A stretch of 64,000 nucleotides of DNA from Paludibacteraceae bacterium (GTDB lineage Bacteria > Bacteroidota > Bacteroidia > Bacteroidales > Paludibacteraceae), in NCBI GenBank assembly GCA_017456885.1, contig JAFTIM010000004.1:188851-252850 (forward strand), written 5' to 3'. Made by a program: the position numbers and the translations under genes. The notes under the pieces are model-generated. The model was not told the DNA's origin. It was given only the letters and a program-made list of their open reading frames with translations, and made no database searches. This document shows positions 10,325-20,793 of this stretch, piece by piece (within the stretch, counting starts at the first letter, position 1; each line of letters begins with the position of its first letter).

Positions 10325-13300
10325 TTATTTTCCGTGACAATTCTTATATTTCTTACCACTACCGCAAGGACAAGGATCGTTTCGGCCGACCGTTTTTTCT
10401 ACATGAATCGGAGCCGTCTTTTGTTGAGCGCGCGTATCTTGTTTCGAAGGGTCAGTTCTTCGATATTCGTCTTTTTGTGTACGATAGCGACTGTAATCCG
10501 AACGGCTTTGCTCGGCTGCACGAACCTGCTGCGTTTCTCGTACCGGTATTTGTCCCCTCATCAGTATCGAGATACTTCTGCGATTGATCCGATTTATCAT
10601 CTCACGGAACAGATTGTATGATTCGAGTTTATAAATCAACAACGGATCTTTCTGCTCGTAAGTCGCATTCTGAACAGACTGACGCAAATCGTCAAGTTCT
10701 CGCAAATGTTCTTTCCATTCTTCATCGATTGCGTACAATAATATTGATTTCTGGAAAGATTTTACAACTTCTTTAGCTTCCGTTTCGTATGCTTTTTTCA
10801 GATTTACCGAAATATTGTACATCCGTTTTCCATCGGTAATCGGTATTAAAATATTCTCGTATTGATGTCCCTGCTTTTCGTAAACTTGTTTGATGACAGG
10901 ATTAGCTATTTGAGCTATTTTTTCCGATTTACGGCGGAAAGCGTCAAACACATCATTGGCTACTTCATTCGACAACTCAATCATTTTTTTCGCTCTGAAA
11001 TCAGCTTCATCAAAAGGCGGATTTACAGCAAAAACAGACATCAAATCAGCAGTCAAACTATCGTAACTCATCATGTTTTGAGCATCTTCGACCACCGCAT
11101 CCGAAATGTCGTAAATCATATTCGCAATGTCCACACCGATACGCTCTCCCATCAAAGCATGGCGACGCTTTTTGTAAATAACGCTTCGTTGCGAGTTCAT
11201 CACATCGTCGTATTCGAGCAAACGTTTACGAATGCCGAAGTTATTCTCTTCCACTTTTTTCTGGGCACGCTCAATCGATTTCGAAATCATCGAATGTTGT
11301 ATCACTTCGCCCTCTTCCATACCCAGTTTATCCATTACGCTTGCGATACGCTCCGAGCCGAAAAGACGCATCAAATCATCTTCGAGCGACACAAAAAATA
11401 CAGACGAACCGGGGTCGCCCTGACGTCCTGCACGACCTCTCAGCTGACGATCGACACGGCGACTTTCGTGGCGTTCGGTGCCTATAATAGCCAAACCACC
11501 TGCCTCTTTCACGGCATCGCTCAACTTAATATCGGTACCACGACCGGCCATATTCGTAGCAATAGTTACCGTACCGCTCTGTCCGGCTTGTGCCACAATT
11601 TCCGCCTCCCGTTGGTGCAACTTTGCATTCAATACGTTGTGTTTTATTTTTCGCATTGTAAGCATTCGGCTCAAGAGCTCGGATATTTCTACCGAAGTTG
11701 TACCCACCAACACAGGACGACCTTGCGAAACCATTTCTACGATTTCTTCGATAACGGCATTGTATTTTTCTCGTTTTGTTCGATAAACACGGTCGTCCAA
11801 ATCGTGGCGAGCAATAGGTTTGTTGGTCGGAATCACCACCACGTCGAGTTTGTAAATGTTCCAAAACTCACCTGCCTCGGTTTCAGCCATACCCGTCATA
11901 CCTGCCAATTTGTGATACATGCGGAAATAGTTTTGCAATGTAATGGTGGCAAATGTTTGAGTAGCGGCTTCTACTTTCACACGCTCTTTAGCCTCGATGG
12001 CTTGATGCAAACCATCGGAATAGCGGCGTCCCTCCATAATACGTCCGGTTTGCTCATCTACAATTTTCACCTGATTATCGACAACCACATATTCGTCGTC
12101 TTTCATAAACAGCGTATAGGCTTTCAAAAGTTGATTCACCGTATGTACGCGTTCCGATTTCAAAGAATAATTTTGCAACAACTCGTCTTTTTTGGCTTGT
12201 TTTTCCTCAGCCGAAAGCGAAGCGTCTTTTTCCAATTCCGCCACTTCGGAACCCACATCGGGCAACACAAAGAAATGAGGGTCTTCGCCCGCATTTGTCA
12301 AAGCATCGATACCTTTATCGGTAAGCTCGATAGTGTTATGTTTCTCGTCGATAACAAAAAACAGGGGGTCGGTGGCTATATGCATGTTTTTGTCATTTTC
12401 CTGCATATAGAACTCTTCCGTTTTTATCAAAATTTGCTTAATGCCCTGTTCGCTCAAAAACTTGATAAGCGGCTTGTTTTTAGGCATTGCCTTGTATGAG
12501 CGGAATAATGCAAGAGCGCCTTCTTCCTGCTCTTTTTTGTCGTCGGAAGCCAACTTTTTACGCGCTTCGGCCAACAACTTTGTAGCCATATCCGACTGTT
12601 GTTTTACCAGAAACTCTACACGAGGGCGAAATTCTTCAAACATTTGGTCGTCGCCTTTCGGCACCGCACCTGAAATAATCAAAGGCGTACGGGCATCGTC
12701 AATCAATACGGAATCGACCTCATCGACAATGGCATAATTATGCGTGCGTTGTACCAAATCCAACGGATTCATTGCCATGTTGTCGCGCAAATAATCGAAA
12801 CCGAATTCGTTGTTGGTACCAAAAGTTATATCCGCATTGTAAGCCTGACGACGTTCTTCGGAATTCGGGCGATGCTTATCGATGCAATCTACCGAAAGTC
12901 CGTGGAACATATAAAGCGGTCCCATCCATTCGGAGTCGCGTTTCGACAGATAATCGTTCACCGTAACAACGTGAACACCATTTCCGGTAAGAGCGTTAAG
13001 GAAAACCGGCAACGTAGCCACAAGCGTTTTACCTTCACCAGTTGCCATTTCGGCAATTTTTCCTTTGTGCAACACCACGCCACCAATGAGCTGAACATCG
13101 TAGTGCGCCATATCCCAACGAACAAGGTTGCCGCCTGCCATCCATTCGTTTTTGTAAACTGCTTTGTCGCCTTCAATTTCTACAAAATCGAATTTTGCCG
13201 CCAAATTTCGGTCGAAATCGTTTGCCGTAACTTCTATTTCTTCGTTATCCTTAAAACGACGTGCTGTTTCTTTGATTATAGCAAATGCCTCAGGGAGTTT

Positions 13301-13615
13301 TTCATCTAAAATAGTTTCGTATTTTTCTGTGATTTGCTTTTCAAGCTTATCGATTTCTTCGTAAATCGTTTCACGTTTTTCTATCTCGGTTTCTTCTATC
13401 TTCTGACGCAAATCGTTTACCTTTTGGCGTTCGGTAGCAACGTACTCGGCAATTTGTTGTTTTATTTTGGTGCTCAATGCACGCAACCCGTCATTGTCCA
13501 ACGCCTGAACACGTGGCTCTACTGCTTTTATTCTATCTATATAAGGCTGAATTTCTTTTAAATCGCGTTGCGACTTATTGCCAAAAATCTTACTTAAAAA
13601 CTCGTTAAATCCCAT
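10325..13615 (-). CDS. secA: Preprotein translocase ATPase SecA
   Basis: 1096 aa. Walker [27 protein letters not shown], and a C-terminal zinc finger [14 protein letters not shown]. Confidence 0.98.
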   Translation of the reverse strand: MGFNEFLSKIFGNKSQRDLKEIQPYIDRIKAVEPRVQALDNDGLRALSTKIKQQIAEYVATERQKVNDLRQKIEETEIEKRETIYEEIDKLEKQITEKYETILDEKLPEAFAIIKETARRFKDNEEIEVTANDFDRNLAAKFDFVEIEGDKAVYKNEWMAGGNLVRWDMAHYDVQLIGGVVLHKGKIAEMATGEGKTLVATLPVFLNALTGNGVHVVTVNDYLSKRDSEWMGPLYMFHGLSVDCIDKHRPNSEERRQAYNADITFGTNNEFGFDYLRDNMAMNPLDLVQRTHNYAIVDEVDSVLIDDARTPLIISGAVPKGDDQMFEEFRPRVEFLVKQQSDMATKLLAEARKKLASDDKKEQEEGALALFRSYKAMPKNKPLIKFLSEQGIKQILIKTEEFYMQENDKNMHIATDPLFFVIDEKHNTIELTDKGIDALTNAGEDPHFFVLPDVGSEVAELEKDASLSAEEKQAKKDELLQNYSLKSERVHTVNQLLKAYTLFMKDDEYVVVDNQVKIVDEQTGRIMEGRRYSDGLHQAIEAKERVKVEAATQTFATITLQNYFRMYHKLAGMTGMAETEAGEFWNIYKLDVVVIPTNKPIARHDLDDRVYRTKREKYNAVIEEIVEMVSQGRPVLVGTTSVEISELLSRMLTMRKIKHNVLNAKLHQREAEIVAQAGQSGTVTIATNMAGRGTDIKLSDAVKEAGGLAIIGTERHESRRVDRQLRGRAGRQGDPGSSVFFVSLEDDLMRLFGSERIASVMDKLGMEEGEVIQHSMISKSIERAQKKVEENNFGIRKRLLEYDDVMNSQRSVIYKKRRHALMGERIGVDIANMIYDISDAVVEDAQNMMSYDSLTADLMSVFAVNPPFDEADFRAKKMIELSNEVANDVFDAFRRKSEKIAQIANPVIKQVYEKQGHQYENILIPITDGKRMYNISVNLKKAYETEAKEVVKSFQKSILLYAIDEEWKEHLRELDDLRQSVQNATYEQKDPLLIYKLESYNLFREMINRINRRSISILMRGQIPVRETQQVRAAEQSRSDYSRYRTQKDEYRRTDPSKQDTRAQQKTAPIHVEKTVGRNDPCPCGSGKKYKNCHGK

Positions 13616-13652
13616 ATTTCAATTATATATTTTATATGTTACAACAATTTGG

Positions 13653-13660
13653 CAAAGATA
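13653..13660 (-). promoter_or_regulatory. Bacteroidetes -7 promoter box (TATCTTTG) for secA
   Basis: Exact TAnnTTTG on the minus strand, 38 nt upstream of the secA ATG. Confidence 0.4.
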
Positions 13661-13868
13661 GAATTTTTTCACAAGTTGGTTTGCAAAAAAATCCGTATAT
13701 TCTCAACAGACGAGATTAAATATCGCATTTCGTAATGCGAACAGACGTCAATCCGTTGTTATTAAAGTTTCTGCAAAGGTCGGCAATCACTTCTACAGGC
13801 ACAAGCAACTAAAGGTTGTCATTTTTAGGAAAAATCGAACTCATAGTTTCTTTCAAATAACTACATAA

Positions 13869-14126
13869 ACAGTTAATCAAATTATAGCTGATGCGAATAT
13901 AAAAAACACCCTCTCCAGAGAACTCTCTGCGGAAGGTGGCGTTACGTTACGGCCTTGCGGTTGGTCGGAAGGCGTCAGCAAAAATATCGACGGCTACGAT
14001 ATCGACAATGGTTGTTATACTTTAAGTAATGGTCATAAAGTAAAAGTTTTTTGCATATATCACCCGTCAGTAGGCTACGATTGGTCTTTTTGGCACAAAG
14101 TGATAAAAACAATGACCGATTTCTAA
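13869..14126 (+). pseudogene. Open frame without a canonical start (possible gene remnant or unconventional small gene)
   Basis: 85 stop-free codons, ...GGVTLRPCGWSEGVSKNIDGYDIDNGCYTLSNGHKVKVFCIYHPSVGYDWSFWHKVIKTMTDF*. There is no upstream ATG/GTG/TTG in frame. A strong terminator follows directly. Confidence 0.3.
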
Positions 14127-14131
14127 TTTTG

Positions 14132-14159
14132 AATGCCTGAAGTTTTCAGGCATTTTTTT
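14132..14159 (+). terminator. Rho-independent terminator
   Basis: Perfect 10-bp stem AATGCCTGAA/TTCAGGCATT (14132-14141 with 14145-14154), 3-nt loop, followed by a T-run. Confidence 0.65.
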
Positions 14160-14166
14160 ACTTTTG
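14159..14166 (+). promoter_or_regulatory. Bacteroidetes -7 promoter box (TACTTTTG) for the M13 peptidase gene
   Basis: Exact TAnnTTTG, 25 nt upstream of the ATG at 14191. Confidence 0.4.
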
Positions 14167-14190
14167 CATCGAATTTTAAATCTATAAAAA

Positions 14191-16200
14191 ATGAAAAAAA
14201 TTGTATTATTTGCATTAGTATTACTTATGACAGCTTGTAGCAACAAAAAAACTGTACAGACCTCGGGCATCGATTTGTCGAATTTGGACACGACGGCTGT
14301 GGCTCAAGACGATTTTTATCAGTATGCGTGTGGCGGCTGGATGAAAAACAACCCGCTCACGGGCGAGTATTCACGCTTTGGCTCGTTCGACAAACTTGCC
14401 GAAGACAACCGTGAGCAACTCAATTCGTTAATTTCTGACATTGCTAAAAAGAAAGACAACAAAGCAGGAAGCGTTGAACAAAAAATAGGCGATTTGTACA
14501 ACCTTGCCATGGACAGCGCGCGCCTCAACGCCGAAGGCTACTCCCCTATCCAAAAGGAAATTGACCTTTTCAGAAACGCAACAAAAGAAGATTTAGCAAC
14601 ATTACTCGGCAAAACTCGCTATGGAATGTTCGTTCTATATGTCGATGCCGACCCTATGAACAGTTCGATAAATCTTTTACAAACATACCAAGCAGGTTAC
14701 GCTCTTGGCGAGCGAGAGTATTACCTCGACACCGACGAACACACCACAGAAATACGTGCTAAATACCTAAAACACATTGAACGCATGTTCGGTCTTTGTG
14801 GTTTTGATGCTACTACGGCACAAAAAAGTGCAAACACCATTCTACGAATGGAAACACGCCTTGCCACGGCAGCCTACGACAATGTGAAACTGCGCGACCC
14901 GCAAGCCAACTACAACAAAATGTCGATAGACGAGTTGAAAGCGCTGGTGCCGCAGTTCGATTGGAACGCCTATTTCGCTGCACGCCAGATCAGCTCCAAC
15001 CAAATTTCGGTGTCGCAAAAAGAGCATTTGCAAGAGGTGGGCAAAATGATGGCCGAGGAGTCTATCGAAGACCTCCGCACCTATTTCATTTGGCAGGTCA
15101 TCGACGATGCGGCAAGTTATCTGAGCGACGAAATCAGCGCTGCCAATTTCGATTTCTACGGCAAAACCTTGTCGGGCAAACAGGAGCAGTCGCCACGCTG
15201 GAAACGCGCCGTGAGCGTCGTCAACGGCACACTTGGCGAGGCTGTCGGACAGATGTATGTGGCTAAATATTTCCCGCCCGAAGCCAAAGATCGCATGGTG
15301 AATTTGGTCAAAAACCTGCAAGCCTCGCTTGGCGAACGCATCGAAAATCTTACTTGGATGGGCGACAGCACCAAAACAAAAGCATTAGAGAAACTAAGTA
15401 CTTTCTATGTAAAAATTGGCTATCCTGACAAATGGCGTGATTATAGTGGTTTGAAAATTGACCCCGCATTGTCGTATTACGAGAATCTGAAACGTGCTTC
15501 CGACTTTGAAGATGCCTACGAACTGAGTTTCATCGACCAGCCGGTTGACCGCGACAAATGGTACATGACTCCGCAAACGGTCAACGCCTACTACAACCCG
15601 AGCACCAACGAAATCTGCTTCCCTGCGGGCATTCTGCAATATCCGTTCTTCGACATGCAGGCCGACGATGCCATGAACTACGGCGCCATCGGTGTGGTTA
15701 TTGGTCACGAAATGACGCACGGATTCGACGACCAAGGCTGCCAATTCGACAAAGACGGCAACCTGAACAATTGGTGGACAGCCGAGGACAAAGAGAAATT
15801 TGATGCACGCACCAAGGTGATGGCCGACTATTTCGACGCCATCGAGGTGGCTCCGGGCGTACACGCCAACGGACGTTTCACGTTGGGCGAAAACATTGCC
15901 GACCACGGCGGTTTGCAAGTGTCGTTCAACGCTTTCAAACACGCCATGGAGGAACATCCGCTCGACACCATCGACGGATTCTCGCCCGAGCAGCGTTTCT
16001 TCCTTGCCTATGCCACCGTGTGGGCGGGCAACATCCGCGACGAGGAGATTTTGGTACGCACCAAAGGCGACCCGCACTCGCTTGGTCGTTGGCGCGTGAA
16101 TGGCGCCCTGCCGCACATCGGTGCGTGGTACGAGGCGTTCCATGTTACCGAGTCGTCGCCCATGTATGTGGCTCCCGAAAATCGCGTAAGCATTTGGTAA
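14191..16200 (+). CDS. pepO: M13 family zinc metallopeptidase (PepO / endothelin-converting-enzyme-like), lipoprotein
   Basis: Lipoprotein signal MKKIVLFALVLLMTAC, zinc motif HEMTHGFD, downstream ENIADHGG. 669 aa. Confidence 0.9.
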   Translation: MKKIVLFALVLLMTACSNKKTVQTSGIDLSNLDTTAVAQDDFYQYACGGWMKNNPLTGEYSRFGSFDKLAEDNREQLNSLISDIAKKKDNKAGSVEQKIGDLYNLAMDSARLNAEGYSPIQKEIDLFRNATKEDLATLLGKTRYGMFVLYVDADPMNSSINLLQTYQAGYALGEREYYLDTDEHTTEIRAKYLKHIERMFGLCGFDATTAQKSANTILRMETRLATAAYDNVKLRDPQANYNKMSIDELKALVPQFDWNAYFAARQISSNQISVSQKEHLQEVGKMMAEESIEDLRTYFIWQVIDDAASYLSDEISAANFDFYGKTLSGKQEQSPRWKRAVSVVNGTLGEAVGQMYVAKYFPPEAKDRMVNLVKNLQASLGERIENLTWMGDSTKTKALEKLSTFYVKIGYPDKWRDYSGLKIDPALSYYENLKRASDFEDAYELSFIDQPVDRDKWYMTPQTVNAYYNPSTNEICFPAGILQYPFFDMQADDAMNYGAIGVVIGHEMTHGFDDQGCQFDKDGNLNNWWTAEDKEKFDARTKVMADYFDAIEVAPGVHANGRFTLGENIADHGGLQVSFNAFKHAMEEHPLDTIDGFSPEQRFFLAYATVWAGNIRDEEILVRTKGDPHSLGRWRVNGALPHIGAWYEAFHVTESSPMYVAPENRVSIW

Positions 16201-16222
16201 ACAGACTAAAATACGCATAAAC

Positions 16223-16259
16223 AAAAATCCTCTTCCCACGTCGGGAGGAGGATTTTTTT
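16223..16259. terminator. Bidirectional terminator between convergent peptidase and nuclease genes
   Basis: 15-bp stem (16223-16237 with 16243-16257, one G-U pair), 5-nt loop, A-run and T-run flanks. Confidence 0.7.
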
Positions 16260-16282
16260 CTGTATTGAGCAATTCGATGGAA

Positions 16283-18433
16283 TTATTTCACAATCACCTT
16301 GTGTGTTTCGTTGCCGACTATTACAATGTAAACGCCGTTGAGCGAACCATTTTGGGCGGTTACGTCAATGCCGAGCACGTTGTAGATGCGCATATCGTCG
16401 GCACCATAGATGCGACCATTGCAACTATAAATCCTCGTTTGAGACATAGGTGCTTCGTCTATACCAGATACACAATCGGCATTGAGCAGCACATTTTTAA
16501 TTTCCCAGCACGACCCTTCGGCAGCCGTGGCAGCCACATATTTGAAGGCGAAGTGCATGTTTTTGGTCAAAAACTCTTTGGGAATATTGATGTTACCCGA
16601 CTTGACAAATGTCCAATTCGTGCCTGTCGGATAGTTGGGAATGGTTACCTGTGTCCATGTGGCGGAGGCAGGTGCGCCTCCCTCGTAGTCGTTCGACAAC
16701 CAAAGGGTTTGCATCGTGGTTTTGTTGGCCGCAGTGCCTTTGTTTGCTGTGTGTTCGAACGTGAGCGTGGCCGCTTGGTGCTTGCTGAGGTTAAAGGCCG
16801 GCGACACGAGCCAATCCTCGTTGTTGTCCGATGCCGTACCGTTCATTTTGGCGTAATGGTAATTTGCATCGCAATACCAATCGCTCGTACCGCTCACGTT
16901 TATCGAATTAAATTCGCCCAGCGACGAGTAGAATGTTTCGGAATAACTCATCGTTTCGCACTCGGTCGTCTCCTCTTCACCGGATTCGGCATTGAGTTTC
17001 AAGCCGACAAGGTAAGGGTCGTGGTCGGAGTAGCGATAAGCGGAGTTGTATGCCGCATTGTCGCCACAACTTGTGCAGATGTGATACACAGCCGCGCCCG
17101 TTATCTGTGTCGCCATGGTACTGTTGGCAAACACATGGTCGATGAGTTCGCCGCCACCATAGCAATGCGAGAATGCCGCCGGATTGTAGATTAGGAGTTG
17201 CTCCTCGTAGCCGGCATCGACCAGAATTTGCAGCGGCTCTTCGCCCATTTCGCAGTTCAAGTCGCCCAAAATCAAAATGTCGGGGTCGGCAGTGATGCTT
17301 TGCATTTTATTTTTCAAATCGGTAGCCTCCGATACGCGTTTGGCATTGCCTTGGTCTTCGGTTGTATCTTTGGCCTTGAAGTGGTTCATGCTCAGCGTGA
17401 AACGTCCGCCCGAGGTCAAATCCTCGAACATCTGATAACGCATCGTGTATTTGTAATAGGTTTGACTTGTGCTGGCGTTGTTTGCCCCGATGGGTTTCAC
17501 TTTGTCTTTGCGGTAGATGAAGCCCGATTTTATGAATGTGTATCCGTTGTCCACAATGCCGTCTGTTACATAGGCGTAAGGAGAGTCCTCGGTGCGCCCG
17601 TTGAGCGAATCGGTAATCACCTGCAATGGCACTTCATTGGCTTCCAATTCGCACAAAGCGATGATGTCGGCATTGGCAAAGCGGAACACATCGACCATGC
17701 GGTTTGTTTTGCTGACAAGGCACGCTTCGTCGCCGCAGTCGCTGCGGTCGGCTTCGGTGTAGTGTATGAAGTAGTTGCGCACGTTTTGTGCCAGCACCAC
17801 CAAGTCGGGTTCGCCAATGCTCGGCAGTGCAACGGGCAGCAGCAATCCCGTGCCCGGTTCGCTCTCGTTGCAAACGGATGTGAGCGAAAAATTTTTCACT
17901 TCCCAACCCGGAACATCGCTGTCGGTGTTGTCGTAGTAAAACGCAATGCGCACGTTCGCTTGTCCCAAAAACGCGTCGGGCACTGCAATCGTGTTATTCA
18001 CCCACGACCATTTTGTGCCGCTCTCGGCAAAAGTCATCTCCAAATCGGTCCAAGTGGCGGTGTGAACATCGCCGGCAAAGTCGGAGGAGATTTTCAGTTT
18101 GCACCGCTCGCTCCACGCGCCACTGCCAAACGCACAAGCGTGGTTAAAAGCAATGGTGGCCGATCGCATGTCGCTCAAATCGAATGCCGGCGACACCAAC
18201 CAATCTTCATTCGTGCCATTGTTGTATCCGTTGATAACGGCACAAGCGTACGTTGTGTTTACATACCACGAGGCTGTTCCACCGTTGTCGTAGGCGGTAA
18301 ATTCGCCCAAGTCCGCAGCAAACGACTCGTTGTAGGCGAGATTTTGGCATGTTGATGCCGCCACATTCGTCTGAATGGCATTTACCGACAAAAACATGCA
18401 AAAAACAAACAATAGTGTAAAATACTTTTTCAT
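16283..18433 (-). CDS. Secreted endonuclease/exonuclease/phosphatase (EEP) family protein with a T9SS C-terminal sorting domain
   Basis: Signal peptide MKKYFTLLFVFCMFLSVNA. EEP motifs (LCELE, GDLNCE, SDHDP). Duplicated flanking domains both contain NEDWLVSPAF. The C-terminal roughly 60 aa (...GVYIVIVGNETHKVIVK) resembles a Por/T9SS tail. Confidence 0.75.
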   Translation of the reverse strand: MKKYFTLLFVFCMFLSVNAIQTNVAASTCQNLAYNESFAADLGEFTAYDNGGTASWYVNTTYACAVINGYNNGTNEDWLVSPAFDLSDMRSATIAFNHACAFGSGAWSERCKLKISSDFAGDVHTATWTDLEMTFAESGTKWSWVNNTIAVPDAFLGQANVRIAFYYDNTDSDVPGWEVKNFSLTSVCNESEPGTGLLLPVALPSIGEPDLVVLAQNVRNYFIHYTEADRSDCGDEACLVSKTNRMVDVFRFANADIIALCELEANEVPLQVITDSLNGRTEDSPYAYVTDGIVDNGYTFIKSGFIYRKDKVKPIGANNASTSQTYYKYTMRYQMFEDLTSGGRFTLSMNHFKAKDTTEDQGNAKRVSEATDLKNKMQSITADPDILILGDLNCEMGEEPLQILVDAGYEEQLLIYNPAAFSHCYGGGELIDHVFANSTMATQITGAAVYHICTSCGDNAAYNSAYRYSDHDPYLVGLKLNAESGEEETTECETMSYSETFYSSLGEFNSINVSGTSDWYCDANYHYAKMNGTASDNNEDWLVSPAFNLSKHQAATLTFEHTANKGTAANKTTMQTLWLSNDYEGGAPASATWTQVTIPNYPTGTNWTFVKSGNINIPKEFLTKNMHFAFKYVAATAAEGSCWEIKNVLLNADCVSGIDEAPMSQTRIYSCNGRIYGADDMRIYNVLGIDVTAQNGSLNGVYIVIVGNETHKVIVK

Positions 18434-18460
18434 AGGCTTTTTTATTTAAATTTTAGGTCT

Positions 18461-18468
18461 CAAATTTA
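18461..18468 (-). promoter_or_regulatory. Bacteroidetes -7 promoter box (TAAATTTG) for the nuclease gene
   Basis: Exact TAnnTTTG on the minus strand, 28 nt upstream of the ATG at 18433. Confidence 0.35.
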
Positions 18469-18607
18469 TGTAACAAACACAAGATTTCCAAAATAACCGA
18501 CTAAAAAAAAGCACATTAAAACCATTTATCAACAGCCTGTTAAGAAATAACTATTTGTCCTATCGCTTTTCTTATTAACTTCGCAGATGTAAAAAAAAAA
18601 GAAAAAA

Positions 18608-20119
18608 ATGGCAGAAGAAACTACACAACCAAAAACTTCAAGAACACGCAAAAACAGTGCAAAAACAACCGACTACGGCAAAGTTCCACCGCAAGCCATC
18701 GAATTGGAAGAACTTGTTTTGGGGGCTTTGATGGTACAAAAAGACGCCCTTTCGTTGGTTGACGAAATACTGAAACCCGAACATTTTTATAAAGATGCTC
18801 ACAAGGAAATCTACACTGCCATTGTCAATTTGAATAGCAAACAAGAGCCGATTGATATTTTTACGGTTGTAGAACAACTGCGTAAAAACGGCAAGTTGGA
18901 GGAGATTGGAGGTCCTTACTACATCACCACACTGACCGACAAAGTAGGTTCGGCAGCACACATTGAGTTTCATGCAAAAATTATTGTACAAAAGCATATT
19001 GCGCGTGAGTTGATTCGCGTTGCAAGTACGATAGAAACGAAAGTTTTCAGCGAAGAAAACGACATTGACGAACTCATGCAAGAGGCCGAAGGTATGCTTT
19101 TTGAAATTTCGCAACAAAATATCAAAAAAGATGTTGTTCAAATAAATCCTGTCATCGAAGAAGCTCGCGAACGCATTTCGAAAGCCGCTGAAAACAAAAG
19201 CGGTATGAGCGGTGTTACGAGTGGGTTTCATGCTTTGGATAAGGTTACCAGCGGTTGGCAAAAATCCGACTTAATCATCATTGCTGCTCGTCCGGCGATG
19301 GGAAAAACCGCATTTGTCCTTTCGATGGCAAAAAACATTGCTATTGATAGGAGAATACATGTTGGAGTATTCTCCCTCGAAATGTCCAACGTGCAGTTGG
19401 TCAATCGTCTGATAGTGAACGTATGCAGTATTCCCGGAGAGAAAATCAAAAGCGGACAACTCGAGCAAGACGAGTGGAAGCAATTGGATACAAAAATAAG
19501 AGATCTTTACGATGCACCACTCTACTTGGACGACACGGCAGCCCTTTCCATTACCCAATTTCAATCGAAAGCAAGACGATTGGTAAAAAATCACGGAGTA
19601 CAACTCATCATTATCGACTATTTGCAACTAATGAATGCATCGGGATTGAAATTTCAGAGCCGAGAGCAGGAAATCAGTATGATTTCACGTTCACTGAAAG
19701 GACTTGCCAAGGAATTAGACATTCCAATTATTGCCCTTTCGCAGCTCAATCGTAATTTGGAAGGGCGTTCGGGCAACGATGCGAAAGTACCTCAACTATC
19801 CGACCTGCGCGAATCGGGAGCCATTGAGCAAGATGCCGACATCGTATGCTTCATTCATCGTCCCGAATATTATAAAATATACGAAGTGGAAAACAAGGAT
19901 ATGCGTGGCGTAGCACAAATTATCATTGCAAAACACCGAAACGGAGCTACCGGTACCGTAAATCTGAAGTTCAAGAACGATTACGCACGTTTTATGAATG
20001 AGGACGACGATCGTTATCAAACCGAATCAGTAATCCTTCCAAGTAGGAGCAATCGAGAAAGTTATCAAAATGATTTAGACACTCCCCTGCCATCTCACAA
20101 CAATGATGTTCCGTTTTAA
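18608..20119 (+). CDS. dnaB: Replicative DNA helicase DnaB
   Basis: PPQAIELEELVLGALM N-terminal domain, Walker A ARPAMGKT, IIDYLQLM, SQLNR. 503 aa, no intein. Confidence 0.97.
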   Translation: MAEETTQPKTSRTRKNSAKTTDYGKVPPQAIELEELVLGALMVQKDALSLVDEILKPEHFYKDAHKEIYTAIVNLNSKQEPIDIFTVVEQLRKNGKLEEIGGPYYITTLTDKVGSAAHIEFHAKIIVQKHIARELIRVASTIETKVFSEENDIDELMQEAEGMLFEISQQNIKKDVVQINPVIEEARERISKAAENKSGMSGVTSGFHALDKVTSGWQKSDLIIIAARPAMGKTAFVLSMAKNIAIDRRIHVGVFSLEMSNVQLVNRLIVNVCSIPGEKIKSGQLEQDEWKQLDTKIRDLYDAPLYLDDTAALSITQFQSKARRLVKNHGVQLIIIDYLQLMNASGLKFQSREQEISMISRSLKGLAKELDIPIIALSQLNRNLEGRSGNDAKVPQLSDLRESGAIEQDADIVCFIHRPEYYKIYEVENKDMRGVAQIIIAKHRNGATGTVNLKFKNDYARFMNEDDDRYQTESVILPSRSNRESYQNDLDTPLPSHNNDVPF

Positions 20120-20793
20120 AGCGTAGCGGTTAAAACGCTCCAAAGTTTATCGTCGGGACAAGGTGCCTCAATGTAAATGGGGAGTTTTGAAACGGGATGA
20201 ACAAACCGAATGCTACGAGCATGCAAGCAGATTCCGCCATCGGGATTGCTTCGCTCATAGCCGTATTTCAAATCGCCTTTTATCGGACAACCTATGTGAG
20301 CCAACTGACAACGTATTTGATGATGTCTTCCCGTTTCCAAATTGATTTCAAGCAAAAAATAGCGGTCGCTTTTAGCAATTACACGATAGGTAAGAATTGC
20401 CTTTTTTGCATCTTTTCTGTCTTTTTTGCAAACAAAAGATTTATTCTGTTTTTCGTTTCGCCAAAGATAATGTTCCAAACGTTCGCTATCTTTCGGAGGT
20501 CTATTTTTTACAATTGCCCAATAGGTTTTTTGTATCTCTCCATGAGAGCGAAACATTTCGTTTAAGCGTGCCAATGCCTTGCTCGTACGAGCAAAAAGCA
20601 CCACTCCGCTTGTAGGGCGATCAAGACGATGCGTAACTCCAAGAAAAACAGCACCCGGCTTGGCATATTTTTCTTTGATATAATCCTTTACCGTTTCCGA
20701 CAATGGCAAGTCGCCCGTTTTGTCTCCTTGCACAATTTCCGAGCAAGTTTTATTTACCGCAATTATATGATTGTCTTCGTATAATACATTCAT
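20116..20793 (-). CDS. RluA-family RNA pseudouridine synthase
   Basis: Catalytic motif HRLDRPTSG and GRHHQIR. 225 aa. Confidence 0.85.
   Translation of the reverse strand: MNVLYEDNHIIAVNKTCSEIVQGDKTGDLPLSETVKDYIKEKYAKPGAVFLGVTHRLDRPTSGVVLFARTSKALARLNEMFRSHGEIQKTYWAIVKNRPPKDSERLEHYLWRNEKQNKSFVCKKDRKDAKKAILTYRVIAKSDRYFLLEINLETGRHHQIRCQLAHIGCPIKGDLKYGYERSNPDGGICLHARSIRFVHPVSKLPIYIEAPCPDDKLWSVLTATL

Noticed and set aside
9569-10621. 350-aa + strand ORF spanning the lgt/secA junction
   Set aside because: It is antisense to two conserved genes and crosses their intergenic gap. There are no motifs and no promoter box.
10862-12499. 545-aa ORF on the + strand inside secA
   Set aside because: It is fully antisense to the highly conserved secA. 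The translation is low-complexity (rich in H, F, R, L) with no recognisable motif. This is a shadow ORF produced by codon bias.
15394-18355. ORFs of 292, 309 and 385 aa antisense to the M13 peptidase and the EEP nuclease
   Set aside because: They mirror well-supported sense genes in a GC-rich block. The translations are Arg/Val/Gly-rich without domain signatures.
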